DNA of 33,561 nt from an uncultured Candidatus Saccharibacteria bacterium (GTDB lineage: Bacteria; Patescibacteriota; Minisyncoccia; UBA11713; 2-01-FULL-45-33), in contig CAYRCJ010000004.1 of assembly GCA_964422785.1 (NCBI GenBank), positions 1 through 33,561 of the forward strand, read 5' to 3'. Shown piece after piece: positions 9,381-19,018 of the stretch; the first letter of the stretch is position 1; each line of letters opens with the position of its first letter. A model generated the notes under the pieces. That model saw only the letters and a program-made list of their open reading frames with translations, ran no database searches and was not told where the DNA came from. The translations under genes and the position numbers were made by a program.

Positions 9381-9773
9381 ATGACCGATCCAATTTCAGA
9401 TATGTTAATAAGGGTAAAAAATGCCGGAGCCGTTCAAAAGAAGACGGCCACTTTCGGCTATTCAAAAATAAAATGGGAAATAGCCAAGGTCTTGGAACGG
9501 CATAACTATCTGGGAGAGGTCGCGAAGAAAGGAAAGAAAAATAAAAAATTGATAGAAGCCTCTTTGGTGTACGATGAAGACAGCTCTCCAAAAATTGCAA
9601 ACACCAAGAGAATTTCCAAGCCTTCGCGCCGGATGTATTTTGGTTACAGGCAGATTCATTCCGTAAAAAACGGCTATGGCATCGGAGTTTATTCAACCAC
9701 CAAAGGAATTTTAATAGACAAAGAAGCCCGAAAAGAAAAATTGGGCGGCGAGTTATTATTTGAGATCTGGTAA
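9381..9773 (+). CDS. rpsH: 30S ribosomal protein S8
   Basis: The ATG at 9381 gives MTDPISDMLIRVKNA. The track TTG at 9369 overlaps the rpsN stop. Confidence 0.93.
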   Translation: MTDPISDMLIRVKNAGAVQKKTATFGYSKIKWEIAKVLERHNYLGEVAKKGKKNKKLIEASLVYDEDSSPKIANTKRISKPSRRMYFGYRQIHSVKNGYGIGVYSTTKGILIDKEARKEKLGGELLFEIW

Positions 9774-9777
9774 TATT

Positions 9778-10323
9778 ATGAGCAGACTAGCAAAAAAACC
9801 TATTATTTTGCCGAAAGGAGTCACGGTATCAAACGACAACAACGCTTGGTCTTTTAAGGGTCCCAAGGGAGAAATTCATAAGCTGTTTCATCCCGCGGTA
9901 TCAATTGAGAAAAAAGATGATTCGTTGCTCGTCACTTTGCGCGCTCATTCAAAAAGCGAAAAGGCTCTTTTGGGCACCGCGGCTTCTCTCGTAAAGAACG
10001 CGATCAACGGCGTTGAGAACGGTTTTGAAAAGAAACTGGAAATAGAGGGGATCGGCTACAAGGCCCAGCTCGACGGAGGCAATCTGGTTCTTTCTTTGGG
10101 TTTTACCCATCCGGTAAGAGTCCCGGCGCCTACCGGCATATCTTTTAAAGTTGAAAAAAATGTTATTACCATAAACGGCGTAGACAAAGAAAAGGTTGGG
10201 GAGATAGCCGCGAAAATCAGGGATAAAAAACCACCGGAGCCGTACAAGGGCAAGGGAATACATTATATGGGAGAGGTTATCAGAAGAAAGGCCGGCAAGA
10301 AGGCGGTGGGCACAGCGGCTTAA
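9778..10323 (+). CDS. rplF: 50S ribosomal protein L6
   Basis: The ATG at 9778 gives MSRLAKKPIILPKGV. Two-domain L6 pattern. Confidence 0.93.
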   Translation: MSRLAKKPIILPKGVTVSNDNNAWSFKGPKGEIHKLFHPAVSIEKKDDSLLVTLRAHSKSEKALLGTAASLVKNAINGVENGFEKKLEIEGIGYKAQLDGGNLVLSLGFTHPVRVPAPTGISFKVEKNVITINGVDKEKVGEIAAKIRDKKPPEPYKGKGIHYMGEVIRRKAGKKAVGTAA

Positions 10324-10331
10324 ATTTAAAT

Positions 10332-10688
10332 ATGAAACAAAAAAGCTCAAAATTTAAAAGAGTAATCAGGCACCAAAGAGTCAGGTCAAAAATCTTGGGC
10401 ACTTCTTCCCGCCCGCGCCTTTCAGTTTACAGATCTTTGAAGCATGTTTTTCTGCAGTTAATTGACGATGAAAAAGGAAAGACCTTGCTTAGCGTTTCCG
10501 ATAAATCTCTAAAATCAAAAAAGAAAATGACAAAATCAGAATCCGCTAATGAGGCCGGAAAAGTTTTGGCAAAAAAAGCAATCGACTCCGGCATTAAAAA
10601 AATAGTTTTCGACAGAGGCGGTTATATTTATAAAGGCAGAGTCCAAAAAATTGCGGAAGGCGCAAGAGAGGGAGGGCTTAATTTTTAA
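10332..10688 (+). CDS. rplR: 50S ribosomal protein L18
   Basis: 118 aa, RPRLSVYRSLKHVFLQLIDD ... FDRGGYIYKGRVQKIAEGAREGGL. Confidence 0.95.
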   Translation: MKQKSSKFKRVIRHQRVRSKILGTSSRPRLSVYRSLKHVFLQLIDDEKGKTLLSVSDKSLKSKKKMTKSESANEAGKVLAKKAIDSGIKKIVFDRGGYIYKGRVQKIAEGAREGGLNF

Positions 10689-10697
10689 TTTTATTTT

Positions 10698-11171
10698 ATG
10701 GCTAGAGAACAAAGACAAAGACCAAAGAGCGATGTTGCCCAAAAGTTAATTGACTTAAGGCGCGTGGCGCGTGTAGTGGCTGGCGGAAGGCGTTTTACTT
10801 TTAGGGCGACTTTGGTTATCGGCAATCAAAAAGGAGAAGTTGGAATGGGAATAGGCAAGGCTTCCGATACTTCCTTGGCTATAGAAAAAGCAATGCGCCA
10901 GGCAAAAAAGAACTTGTTTTTGGTCCCGTTGACCCGAGATAAATCAGTTCCGCACGAAGTTTATGCGAAGTTTGGAAGCGGCAGAGTGATTATAAAACCT
11001 GCCAAGGCCGGCAAGGGATTAGTGGCAGGAGGCGCCGCGCGCGCGGTGCTTGCTTTGGCCGGAGTTGAGAACGCCAGCGTTAAAATTCTTTCGCATACAA
11101 AAAATAAAATTAACAATGCCAGGGCTACGATGGAAGCTCTGCAAAAACTAAAAAAGCCTAAAAAATCTTAA
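10698..11171 (+). CDS. rpsE: 30S ribosomal protein S5
   Basis: 157 aa, LIDLRRVARVVAGGRRFTFRA ... GKGLVAGGAARAVLALAG. Confidence 0.95.
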   Translation: MAREQRQRPKSDVAQKLIDLRRVARVVAGGRRFTFRATLVIGNQKGEVGMGIGKASDTSLAIEKAMRQAKKNLFLVPLTRDKSVPHEVYAKFGSGRVIIKPAKAGKGLVAGGAARAVLALAGVENASVKILSHTKNKINNARATMEALQKLKKPKKS

Positions 11172-11175
11172 TTCT

Positions 11176-11586
11176 ATGCAATCGCATCAATTACAAAAAT
11201 CAAAAAAGGTTCAAAGGCGCGTGGGGAGGGGCGGCAAGCGCGGCTCTTATTCGGGCAAGGGAATTAAGGGGCAAAAGGCCAGAGCCGGGAGAAGAATACG
11301 CCCGCAGATCAGGGAGGCGATTAAAAAAATCCACAAGCGCAGAGGATATTTTTCGAAGTCTCACCGTTCTAAGCCCGCGGTTGTTAATATTGCTTCAATC
11401 GAGAAAAAATTTAAAGAGGGAGAAAGGGTAACTCCGAAACTGCTTATTAAAGCCGGTCTTCTGAGAAGAGCTAAGGGGCAAGTTCCGGCGGTAAAAATCT
11501 TAGGAGACGGCAAGGTAAGCAAAAAATTTGTTTTTGATAAAGATATTTTGATATCGCTGTCTTTAAAATCTAAACTGGAAAAATAA
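11176..11586 (+). CDS. rplO: 50S ribosomal protein L15
   Basis: 136 aa, VGRGGKRGSYSGKGIKGQKARAG. It starts 4 nt after the rpsE stop, leaving no room for rpmD. Confidence 0.93.
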   Translation: MQSHQLQKSKKVQRRVGRGGKRGSYSGKGIKGQKARAGRRIRPQIREAIKKIHKRRGYFSKSHRSKPAVVNIASIEKKFKEGERVTPKLLIKAGLLRRAKGQVPAVKILGDGKVSKKFVFDKDILISLSLKSKLEK

Positions 11587-11587
11587 A

Positions 11588-12850
11588 ATGTGGAATAAAT
11601 TTATTCTCATCCTTAAAGATCAGAATTTGCGGAGAAAGTTTTTGTATCTCTTCGGTTTTTTGGCTTTTTTCAGATTAGCCGCTTCTGTTCCTGTCCCCGG
11701 GATTGATGTTGAAAGGTTGAGATCGTTTTTTTCTACCAATCAATTTCTGGGTCTTTTGAACCTTTTCTCCGGCGGACTACTCAGCAATCTTTCGATTATG
11801 ATGTTGGGCGTAGGCCCCTATATAACCTCCTCCATCATCATGCAGCTTTTGACAATGATTTTTCCTTCTCTTAAGGAAATTTATCAGGAAGAGGGAGAGG
11901 CCGGCCGTCAAAAATTTAACCAGTATTCCCGGCTTTTAACTTTTCCGCTGGCTTTAGTCCAAGGGTTCGGTCTTCTTACAATTTTGGAACGTCAAGGAAT
12001 TTTGCATTTTACCTTTTCGGAAAAAATGTTTGACCTTCTTATTGTAGCGGCCGGTTCCATACTGCTGATGTGGATCGGCGAGCTTATTTCCGAATATTCA
12101 ATAGGAAACGGCGTTTCCATTCTTATTTTTGCGGGTATTATATCCAGATTTCCAAATGACATCAGAGAAACTTTGATTTCTTATGATCCATCGCGGTTGG
12201 CGACTTATCTGGCCTATATATTTATTGCCGTAGTTACCGTGGCCGCGGTTATCATTATTTCTGAGGGTGAGCGCCAGCTTCCGGTATACTATGCTAAGCG
12301 TGTCCGGGGGATGAAAATGTACGGCGGATTTTCAACCCACCTGCCGCTAAGGGTAAATCAGGCGGGGGTGATCCCGATAATCTTCGCATTATCAATTCTT
12401 TTATTTCCCCAAATGATCGCAAATTTTTTATCCGCTTCCAGTAATTTTATTTTGCGGACGATTGCTTCCTCAATCATAAACTTCTTGGCCAGCCAATGGG
12501 CTTATGCCACCGCTTATTTCATTCTGGTTGTGTTGTTCACTTACTTTTACACCGCGGTAACCTTTGACCCGGAGGCCGTTTCCGGCAACTTACAGAAGAG
12601 CGGAGCATTTATTCCCGGCATAAGACCCGGACCATCCACTTCGGAATTTTTGTACAAAATTGTAAGCCGCGTTACTTTGGTTGGCGCTTTATTCTTGGGG
12701 GCGATCGCAGTCCTTCCTTTGATACTTAGGGCTATAACCGGAATCACAACTTTGACCATCGGCGGCACAGCGCTTTTGATCGTTGTCTCCGTTGTGCTGG
12801 AAACAGCCAAGCAGGTTGAGGGACAGCTCTCGTTGCGCGATTACGATTAA
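11588..12850 (+). CDS. secY: preprotein translocase subunit SecY
   Basis: 420 aa, polytopic membrane protein, GVGPYITSSIIMQLL and GNGVSILIFAGI motifs, position after rplO. Confidence 0.96.
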   Translation: MWNKFILILKDQNLRRKFLYLFGFLAFFRLAASVPVPGIDVERLRSFFSTNQFLGLLNLFSGGLLSNLSIMMLGVGPYITSSIIMQLLTMIFPSLKEIYQEEGEAGRQKFNQYSRLLTFPLALVQGFGLLTILERQGILHFTFSEKMFDLLIVAAGSILLMWIGELISEYSIGNGVSILIFAGIISRFPNDIRETLISYDPSRLATYLAYIFIAVVTVAAVIIISEGERQLPVYYAKRVRGMKMYGGFSTHLPLRVNQAGVIPIIFALSILLFPQMIANFLSASSNFILRTIASSIINFLASQWAYATAYFILVVLFTYFYTAVTFDPEAVSGNLQKSGAFIPGIRPGPSTSEFLYKIVSRVTLVGALFLGAIAVLPLILRAITGITTLTIGGTALLIVVSVVLETAKQVEGQLSLRDYD

Positions 12851-12887
12851 CCTGGTACTCTCTTTTTAGATAATGTAGAGTGAAGGT

Positions 12888-13481
12888 ATGAAAAACCCGT
12901 TTAATATTATTTTTACCGGGCGGTCCGGATCCGGAAAAGGCACTCAAGCACAACTTCTCAAAGAAAGATTTTTAGCAATGGGCGAAGAAGTCCACTTGGT
13001 GAACACAGGCGCGTTTTTACGGGAACTGACAACTCATGAAGAACTCCTTACCGGCAGATTAATTGATACCAAAATTATGAAAGCCGGGGTAAAGGCGCCG
13101 GACGCATTGGCATTGTGGGCGTGGGTCAACGAACTGATACACGGCATTAATGATCGGAATCATTTTATATTGGACGGCTCGCCGCGTACCGTGGCTGAGG
13201 CAAAAGCACTTGATGAGCTTTTGGAGTTTTACGAACGCAGCAATGTTTTCCCGATTTTTATCGATGTAAGCGATGATTGGGCTTATGATCGAATGATCGC
13301 GCGCGGTCGTGCTGACGATATTCATGAAAACATAAAAAACAGATTGGCGTACTATCCGGTGTTTGTTGAGCCGATAATGGATTTTTACGAGAAAGAAAGT
13401 AAAAACAAGCTAATTCGAATCAACGGCGAGCAATCTATTGTGGCAGTACATTCCGATATTATGAAAGCGCTTGGTTTATGA
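12888..13481 (+). CDS. adk: adenylate kinase
   Basis: 197 aa, P-loop GRSGSGKGTQAQLL, conserved position between secY and map. The sequence is divergent. Confidence 0.8.
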   Translation: MKNPFNIIFTGRSGSGKGTQAQLLKERFLAMGEEVHLVNTGAFLRELTTHEELLTGRLIDTKIMKAGVKAPDALALWAWVNELIHGINDRNHFILDGSPRTVAEAKALDELLEFYERSNVFPIFIDVSDDWAYDRMIARGRADDIHENIKNRLAYYPVFVEPIMDFYEKESKNKLIRINGEQSIVAVHSDIMKALGL

Positions 13482-14230
13482 TTATAAAAAATAAAAAAGA
13501 ATTGGACATATTGCGAACATGCGGCAAGAAACTTGCCGCTGTTTTGTATGAGGTTTCAAAAAATGCCAAGGCCGGGGTTTCCACTTTGGATCTAGATCGC
13601 ATGGCAGAAAAATTAATTTTAGAATCCGGCGGGAAACCGTCTTTCAAGGGATATAAAATCCCGATGGCGCCCCGCGCTTATCCCGGGACTCTTTGCGTAT
13701 CTGTAAATGAAGAAGTTGTCCATGGAATCCCATCAGAGAGGATTTTAAAAGATGGAGACATTGTCGGGCTTGATATCGGGATGTGGTATGAAGGTCTTTG
13801 CACTGACACTGCGTTGACGGTTGTGGTGGGCGGAGGAGAATCAAAAATCGTGGAAGCCACGAAAAAATCTTTGGACATCGGAATAAAAAAAGTGAGACCG
13901 GGAGTTAGAATCGGCAGCATAGGCTTTGCGATTCAAAACTATTTGGAAGGAGAGGGCTTCGGGGTAGTGCGCGAGCTGGTGGGGCATGGCGTGGGCCGCG
14001 CCGTTCACGAAGACCCGGAGATCCCAAACTGGGGCAAAGAAAACACGGGAGATGAACTTTTCGAAAATTTAGTAATTGCAATCGAGCCGATGGCCACTGA
14101 GGGGAGTCCAAAAGTAAAAGTTTTGTCAGACGGCTGGACATGGGCCACCCGCGACGGCTCCCGATCAGCCCATTTTGAACACACCCTCATTGTCACCAAA
14201 AACGGAGCGGAAATTTTAACTTTGCCATGA
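13478..14230 (+). CDS. map: type I methionine aminopeptidase
   Basis: 250 aa, VHGIP, DIVGLDIG, GHGVGRAVHEDP, IEPM and FEHT metal-ligand blocks. Confidence 0.95.
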   Translation: MIIKNKKELDILRTCGKKLAAVLYEVSKNAKAGVSTLDLDRMAEKLILESGGKPSFKGYKIPMAPRAYPGTLCVSVNEEVVHGIPSERILKDGDIVGLDIGMWYEGLCTDTALTVVVGGGESKIVEATKKSLDIGIKKVRPGVRIGSIGFAIQNYLEGEGFGVVRELVGHGVGRAVHEDPEIPNWGKENTGDELFENLVIAIEPMATEGSPKVKVLSDGWTWATRDGSRSAHFEHTLIVTKNGAEILTLP

Positions 14231-14613
14231 GGTGCCTCGGCATAGACTATGGCAATAAACATATCGGTATTGCCGTCTCAGATGATGACGGCAATTTTGC
14301 GTTTCCAAGGATTGTTTTAGATAACGATATAAAAAAAGTTTTATTTTTTTTGCGCGATATTATTGAAAAAGAAAAAATCGGTACGGTTGTTTTGGGCTTG
14401 CCGTTTAATTTTTCCGGAGAGGATACGGTTCAGACAAAAAAAGTCAGGGATTTTGGAGAGTTGATCAAAAAAGAATTACCAGCCGATATTATATTTCAAA
14501 ACGAAATTTTGAGCACCAAAGAAGCGCAAAAAAGCGGCGGATCCACAAAAGAAATGATCGACGCGTCTTCAGCCGCTTTGATTCTCCAAAGCTTTTTGGA
14601 TAACAAGCGTTAG
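14227..14613 (+). CDS. ruvX: Holliday junction resolvase-like protein RuvX/YqgF
   Basis: 128 aa, CLGIDYGNKHIGIAVSD ... VVLGLPFNFSGEDT ... DASSAALILQSFLD. Confidence 0.88.
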   Translation: MRCLGIDYGNKHIGIAVSDDDGNFAFPRIVLDNDIKKVLFFLRDIIEKEKIGTVVLGLPFNFSGEDTVQTKKVRDFGELIKKELPADIIFQNEILSTKEAQKSGGSTKEMIDASSAALILQSFLDNKR

Positions 14614-14632
14614 AATATGCTAAAATCAATTT

Positions 14633-15373
14633 ATGCCGCAATTAGACGTTTATCTATCTGTTATTGTTCCCGCTTATAATGAAGCGGAGAGGATTGCCAA
14701 AACTCTTTTGCGTTTCAATGAATATTTGTCTCCACAGCCGTATAATTATGAAATTTTGGTGGTAAATGACGGCTCGACAGATAAAACCGCGGAAGTGGTG
14801 GAGGATTTAAAGGGGCAGATAAAAAATATTGATTTTTTTGATCGCAAAGAAAATTGTGGTAAGGGGTTTACTGTGCGGGAGGGGATGCTAAAGGCTCACG
14901 GAAAAATTCGTCTTTTCGCGGACGCGGATAATGCCACGGATATTTCACATTTTGAGAAAATGCGCCCATTTTTTGATCAAGGATATGATATTGTAATCTG
15001 CTCCCGCGATCCGAAAGACGCCAAGGGGGCGGCGCAGTCAGTCTCTCAACCTCTTTTGAAAAGATTTTTAGGCCGCCTCGGCAATCTTTTTATACAGTAT
15101 ATGGCGGTACCCGGAATCTGGGACACACAATGCGGATTCAAAGCATTTAGAAATTACGCGGCTGATAAAATCTTTGTGAAAACGTTGGTTTCCAGATGGG
15201 CTTTTGATGTTGAGGCCCTGGCATTGGCGCGTTTATTTAATTATAAAATCGGAATAATACCCGCGCACTGGATAAATGATCCGAAAACTCATGTGACCGG
15301 TTCCGGGTATCTGAAATCTTTGTGGGAGGTTTTTAAAATAAACAGAAATCTAAAAACAAAAAAATATGAATAA
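14633..15373 (+). CDS. family 2 glycosyltransferase (dolichyl-phosphate glucosyl/mannosyl-transferase-like)
   Basis: 246 aa, SVIVPAYNEAERI ... VVNDGSTDKT ... FADADNAT. Confidence 0.85.
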   Translation: MPQLDVYLSVIVPAYNEAERIAKTLLRFNEYLSPQPYNYEILVVNDGSTDKTAEVVEDLKGQIKNIDFFDRKENCGKGFTVREGMLKAHGKIRLFADADNATDISHFEKMRPFFDQGYDIVICSRDPKDAKGAAQSVSQPLLKRFLGRLGNLFIQYMAVPGIWDTQCGFKAFRNYAADKIFVKTLVSRWAFDVEALALARLFNYKIGIIPAHWINDPKTHVTGSGYLKSLWEVFKINRNLKTKKYE

Positions 15374-16367
15374 AGACAAAATAGAATTCAGAAAGGATCC
15401 GGTTTCAGGAGATTGGGTTTTGGTTTCTCCAAAGGCTAAAAAGAAACCTGTTTTTTTCAGACAAGACCGGTATGTGCCTCTTCCAAAATCCGCTTGTCCG
15501 TTTGAAGGGCGCAGGCTTTTGGAACAAGGCGAGCCCCTTTTGTGGCTTCCGAAACCAGGAAAAAACGACATAAAAGATTGGTGGGTCCAGATTTTTTCAA
15601 ATAGATATCCGGTTGTTAAAGCCTCAAGGATCTGCCCGCCGCTCGAAACCGACGGAATGTATGATTACAAAGAGGGCGTTGGATTTCAGGAGGTAGTTCT
15701 CACCAGAGATCATGCGCGTCCAATCGGGCTTATGGAAAAAAAGGAAATTGAATTGATAATTGAAGCCTATATGACCAGATTTCAGGCGCTTCAAAATGAA
15801 TCTTGCGTCGAATATGTTTTTATTTTTCACAATTCCGGCGCTTCCGCCGGAGCCACTGTTCCGCATCCTCACTCTCAAATTTTGGCGATGCCAATTATCC
15901 CGCCGGATGTCGCCAAGAGCCTTGCGTACTCACGGTCCTACCATACGAAACACAGTCGTTGTGTTCATTGCGATATCATAAAACTGGAATTAAAGAAGAA
16001 AATCAGGGTGATTTTTGAAAATGAATCTTTTGTAGCGGTGGCTCCCTACGCGTCACATGTGTCTTTTGAGATACGAATTTTTCCAAAAAAGCACGAGGCT
16101 CATTTCGAAGCCATTGACTCTAAGCAGCTCTCTGATTTTGCAGAGGCGATGGCGTTTGTTTTTTCGAGGCTCCACTCCAAAATTAAAAATCCTGACTATA
16201 ATTTTTTTATCCACACGGCGCCGCCCAAAGGGAAGGACTTCAGGCACTATCATTGGCATATGGAGATTTTGCCTAGGATTTCTGTTTGGGGGGGCGTGGA
16301 ACTTGGGGTTGGAATTGATATAATTAAAATCTCCCCGGAGGAGGCAACAAAGATTTTAAGGAAATAG
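15366..16367 (+). CDS. galT: galactose-1-phosphate uridylyltransferase-like HIT-superfamily nucleotidyltransferase
   Basis: 333 aa, FRKDPVSGDWVLVSP N-terminus, CPFEG, catalytic HPHSQI block. Exact substrate is not inferable. Confidence 0.75.
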   Translation: MNKDKIEFRKDPVSGDWVLVSPKAKKKPVFFRQDRYVPLPKSACPFEGRRLLEQGEPLLWLPKPGKNDIKDWWVQIFSNRYPVVKASRICPPLETDGMYDYKEGVGFQEVVLTRDHARPIGLMEKKEIELIIEAYMTRFQALQNESCVEYVFIFHNSGASAGATVPHPHSQILAMPIIPPDVAKSLAYSRSYHTKHSRCVHCDIIKLELKKKIRVIFENESFVAVAPYASHVSFEIRIFPKKHEAHFEAIDSKQLSDFAEAMAFVFSRLHSKIKNPDYNFFIHTAPPKGKDFRHYHWHMEILPRISVWGGVELGVGIDIIKISPEEATKILRK

Positions 16368-16372
16368 ATAAT

Positions 16373-17182
16373 ATGATTATAGATTCTCATTTGCACATAG
16401 GAAGACTCCCAAACTCTAAGTTCGCGGACATTAGTTTAGAAAAATGCCTGCGCCTTCTTTTGGAAGAAATGTCCAGAAATAAAATTAATAGATCTTTTGT
16501 TTTGGCAAATTGCCAAGAAAGCTACGACTCTCCCGGGTTACAAACAATTTTAAAATTAATTTCCGGCGTAAAAAATATAAGCGTTATCGGAAGCATTGAT
16601 ATTTTGAATTACAAAAAAACAGATTTACAAAACTTGGAAAAACTACTATCGGAGAAAAAAATCTTAGGATTAAAGCTATACACCGGCTACCAATATTTTT
16701 ATCCCAATGACCCAAGGTGTACTCCCGTCTATAATCTGTGTTTAAAATTTAACGTTCCTGTAATTTTTCATTCCGGAGATACTTTGAGCAGTTTTGAAGA
16801 AAAGGCTAAGGTTAAATATTCTCATCCATTGCACATTGATGAAGTTGCCACGGATTTTCCAAAGTTAAAAATTATTATCGCCCATCTCGGTAATCCGTGG
16901 GTTTTAGATTGCGCGGAAGTTTTATACAAAAATGACAATGTGTACGCGGATATATCCGGCCTGGTTGTTAACGAAGGATTAAATACTCCTTATGGCCGCC
17001 TGATGAAGAAAAGAATCCAAGAGTTAATTATTTACAGTTCGCCAAGGAAATTGCTCTACGGAACAGATTGGCCATTGGTTTCAATGAAATCCTATCTTAA
17101 TTTTGTTAAAACTTTAGGTTTATCAAAAAGTGATTTAGACTATATTTTGTATAAAAACGCCGCCACTTTATTTAATTTATAA
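16373..17182 (+). CDS. amidohydrolase-family metal-dependent hydrolase (TIM barrel)
   Basis: 269 aa, IIDSHLHIG, FHSGD, AHLGNPW, GTDWP blocks. Confidence 0.8.
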   Translation: MIIDSHLHIGRLPNSKFADISLEKCLRLLLEEMSRNKINRSFVLANCQESYDSPGLQTILKLISGVKNISVIGSIDILNYKKTDLQNLEKLLSEKKILGLKLYTGYQYFYPNDPRCTPVYNLCLKFNVPVIFHSGDTLSSFEEKAKVKYSHPLHIDEVATDFPKLKIIIAHLGNPWVLDCAEVLYKNDNVYADISGLVVNEGLNTPYGRLMKKRIQELIIYSSPRKLLYGTDWPLVSMKSYLNFVKTLGLSKSDLDYILYKNAATLFNL

Positions 17183-17191
17183 AATATATTT

Positions 17192-17947
17192 ATGAAAAAA
17201 ATAATTATTGCCAATTGGAAAATGAATCCGTCTACGGCGGGTGAGGCGGTTAAGCTCGTTAAAGAAGTTTCCAAAGGCATCCGCGGTCAAAAGGGGGTTG
17301 ATATTGTTTTGGCCCCGCCCTTTATTTATTTAGCGTCGGCAAAACAAGCCGTTTCCGCGTCTTCCGTTAAATTGGCGGCTCAAGATTCTTTTTGGGAGGG
17401 CGGAGGCGCCTATACCGGAGAGATTTCGCCCAAACAGCTTAAGTCGCTTGGCGTGCAATTTGTTATTTTGGGGCATTCCGAAAGAAGGGTAATGGGAGAG
17501 ACAAACGCTGAAATTCAAAAGAAATTAAAGGCGGTTTTGGGCGCGGGAATGAAGGCAATTTTGTGCGTCGGCGAAAGAGAGAAAAAACATGACGAAGCCC
17601 TCCCCTTGGTCATAAAAGAGGAGCTTCGCGATAGTTTAAGCAAAATAAAAAAATCTCTTTTCGGAAATCTTATTTTGGCGTACGAGCCCGTTTGGGCCAT
17701 CGGGACCGGCGGCGCAGACACGCCTAAAAATGTTTTTGAAATTTCTGTTTTGCTAAGGAGGGAACTTTACAGAATGGCGGGGAAAAAACTGGCTTTCAGG
17801 ATCCCGATAATTTATGGGGGCTCGGTCGATGATAAAAACGCCAAAGATTTTGTGAGTCTGGGCAATGTAGACGGCTTGTTGGTCGGCGGCGCTTCGCTAA
17901 ATGCCAAAAAATTTGTGAACATAGTCAAAAGCGTATCCGATATATGA
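17192..17947 (+). CDS. tpiA: triosephosphate isomerase
   Basis: 251 aa, IIANWKMN, GHSERR, AYEPVWAIGTG. Confidence 0.96.
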   Translation: MKKIIIANWKMNPSTAGEAVKLVKEVSKGIRGQKGVDIVLAPPFIYLASAKQAVSASSVKLAAQDSFWEGGGAYTGEISPKQLKSLGVQFVILGHSERRVMGETNAEIQKKLKAVLGAGMKAILCVGEREKKHDEALPLVIKEELRDSLSKIKKSLFGNLILAYEPVWAIGTGGADTPKNVFEISVLLRRELYRMAGKKLAFRIPIIYGGSVDDKNAKDFVSLGNVDGLLVGGASLNAKKFVNIVKSVSDI

Positions 17948-19002
17948 TTCTAAAAAATAAAAAAGTTTTATTAAGGGCGGATTTTAATGTCCCAATAGCT
18001 CATGGCCGCGTCGCAGATGATTTTAGAATTCGCGCTACAGTTCCCACAATTAAAAAAATTTTATCAGAGGGCGCAAAAATTTTTTTAATCTCTCATCTTG
18101 AAGAGTCCGGGAAAATTCCACATCTCGATGCGGTATACAAGAAATTAAAAACATTACTAAAATCGGATGTTAAATTTTGGCGCGGAAAACTTGATAAATT
18201 TCCTAAAAATACGGAGGGTAGAATCGTATTGTTGGACAATATCCGGTTAAATCCCGGAGAGAAAAAAAATGATCCTAAATTCGCAGAAAGGCTGGCTTCT
18301 ATCGGGGATATTTTTATAAATGACGCTTTTTCAGACTCTCACAGGAGGCACGCTTCCATCGTCGGGATTCCTAAGTTTCTAACCTCTTTTTTGGGAGATC
18401 TTTTTCACAAAGAAATAAATATGCTTTCCCGGGCATTTCGCCCTCCGCATCCTTTTTTATTGATCGTTGCCGGCAATAAGTTCGAAACCAAAGAACCTCT
18501 TTTGAACAAATTTCTGAAAATTGCCGATCATGTTTTTATCGGCGGAGCGTTGGCAAACACTTTTTTGCGCCAGCGCGGGTTTGACATTGGAAAATCAGAA
18601 ACAGAAAAAATTAAGATTCCCAAAAATATTTTGTGGCACAAAAAGATATTGCTCCCGGTTGATTATATAGAGAAAAACAATATTATTTATGATGCCGGTC
18701 CAAAAACTATTAAAATATTAAACAATATTGCGCAAAAATCCAAATTTATTTTATGGAACGGCACATTGGGTCTTTGTGAAAAAGGTTTCAATTCAGGAAC
18801 CAGAGAGTTGGCAAAATCTTTAGGAAAATCCAAGGCCTACAAAATAGTTGGAGGAGGGGACACGGTGGCTGCGATAAGAAAGTTCAAACTTGAGAAAAAT
18901 TTTAATTTTGTTTCAACCGGGGGAGGTGCGATGCTTGAATTTCTGGCCACCGGTACCTTGCCGGGGATTGACGCAATAAAGAATTCCACAAAAAATATAT
19001 AA
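17944..19002 (+). CDS. pgk: phosphoglycerate kinase (short, 352 aa)
   Basis: LLRADFNVP, NDAFSDSHRRHAS, GGGDTVAA, STGGGAMLEFL. Shorter than typical ~395-aa bacterial PGK. Confidence 0.9.
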   Translation: MILKNKKVLLRADFNVPIAHGRVADDFRIRATVPTIKKILSEGAKIFLISHLEESGKIPHLDAVYKKLKTLLKSDVKFWRGKLDKFPKNTEGRIVLLDNIRLNPGEKKNDPKFAERLASIGDIFINDAFSDSHRRHASIVGIPKFLTSFLGDLFHKEINMLSRAFRPPHPFLLIVAGNKFETKEPLLNKFLKIADHVFIGGALANTFLRQRGFDIGKSETEKIKIPKNILWHKKILLPVDYIEKNNIIYDAGPKTIKILNNIAQKSKFILWNGTLGLCEKGFNSGTRELAKSLGKSKAYKIVGGGDTVAAIRKFKLEKNFNFVSTGGGAMLEFLATGTLPGIDAIKNSTKNI

Positions 19003-19018
19003 ATGCTACACTGCTTTA

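Noticed and set aside
1483-12953. Numerous 60-170-aa antisense or off-frame ORFs across the ribosomal operon and secY (for example 1875..2282, 6032..6427, 6787..7299, 8645..9055, 9949..10350).
   Set aside because: Each is fully embedded in a confidently identified conserved gene on the plus strand. No independent start, RBS or family evidence exists.
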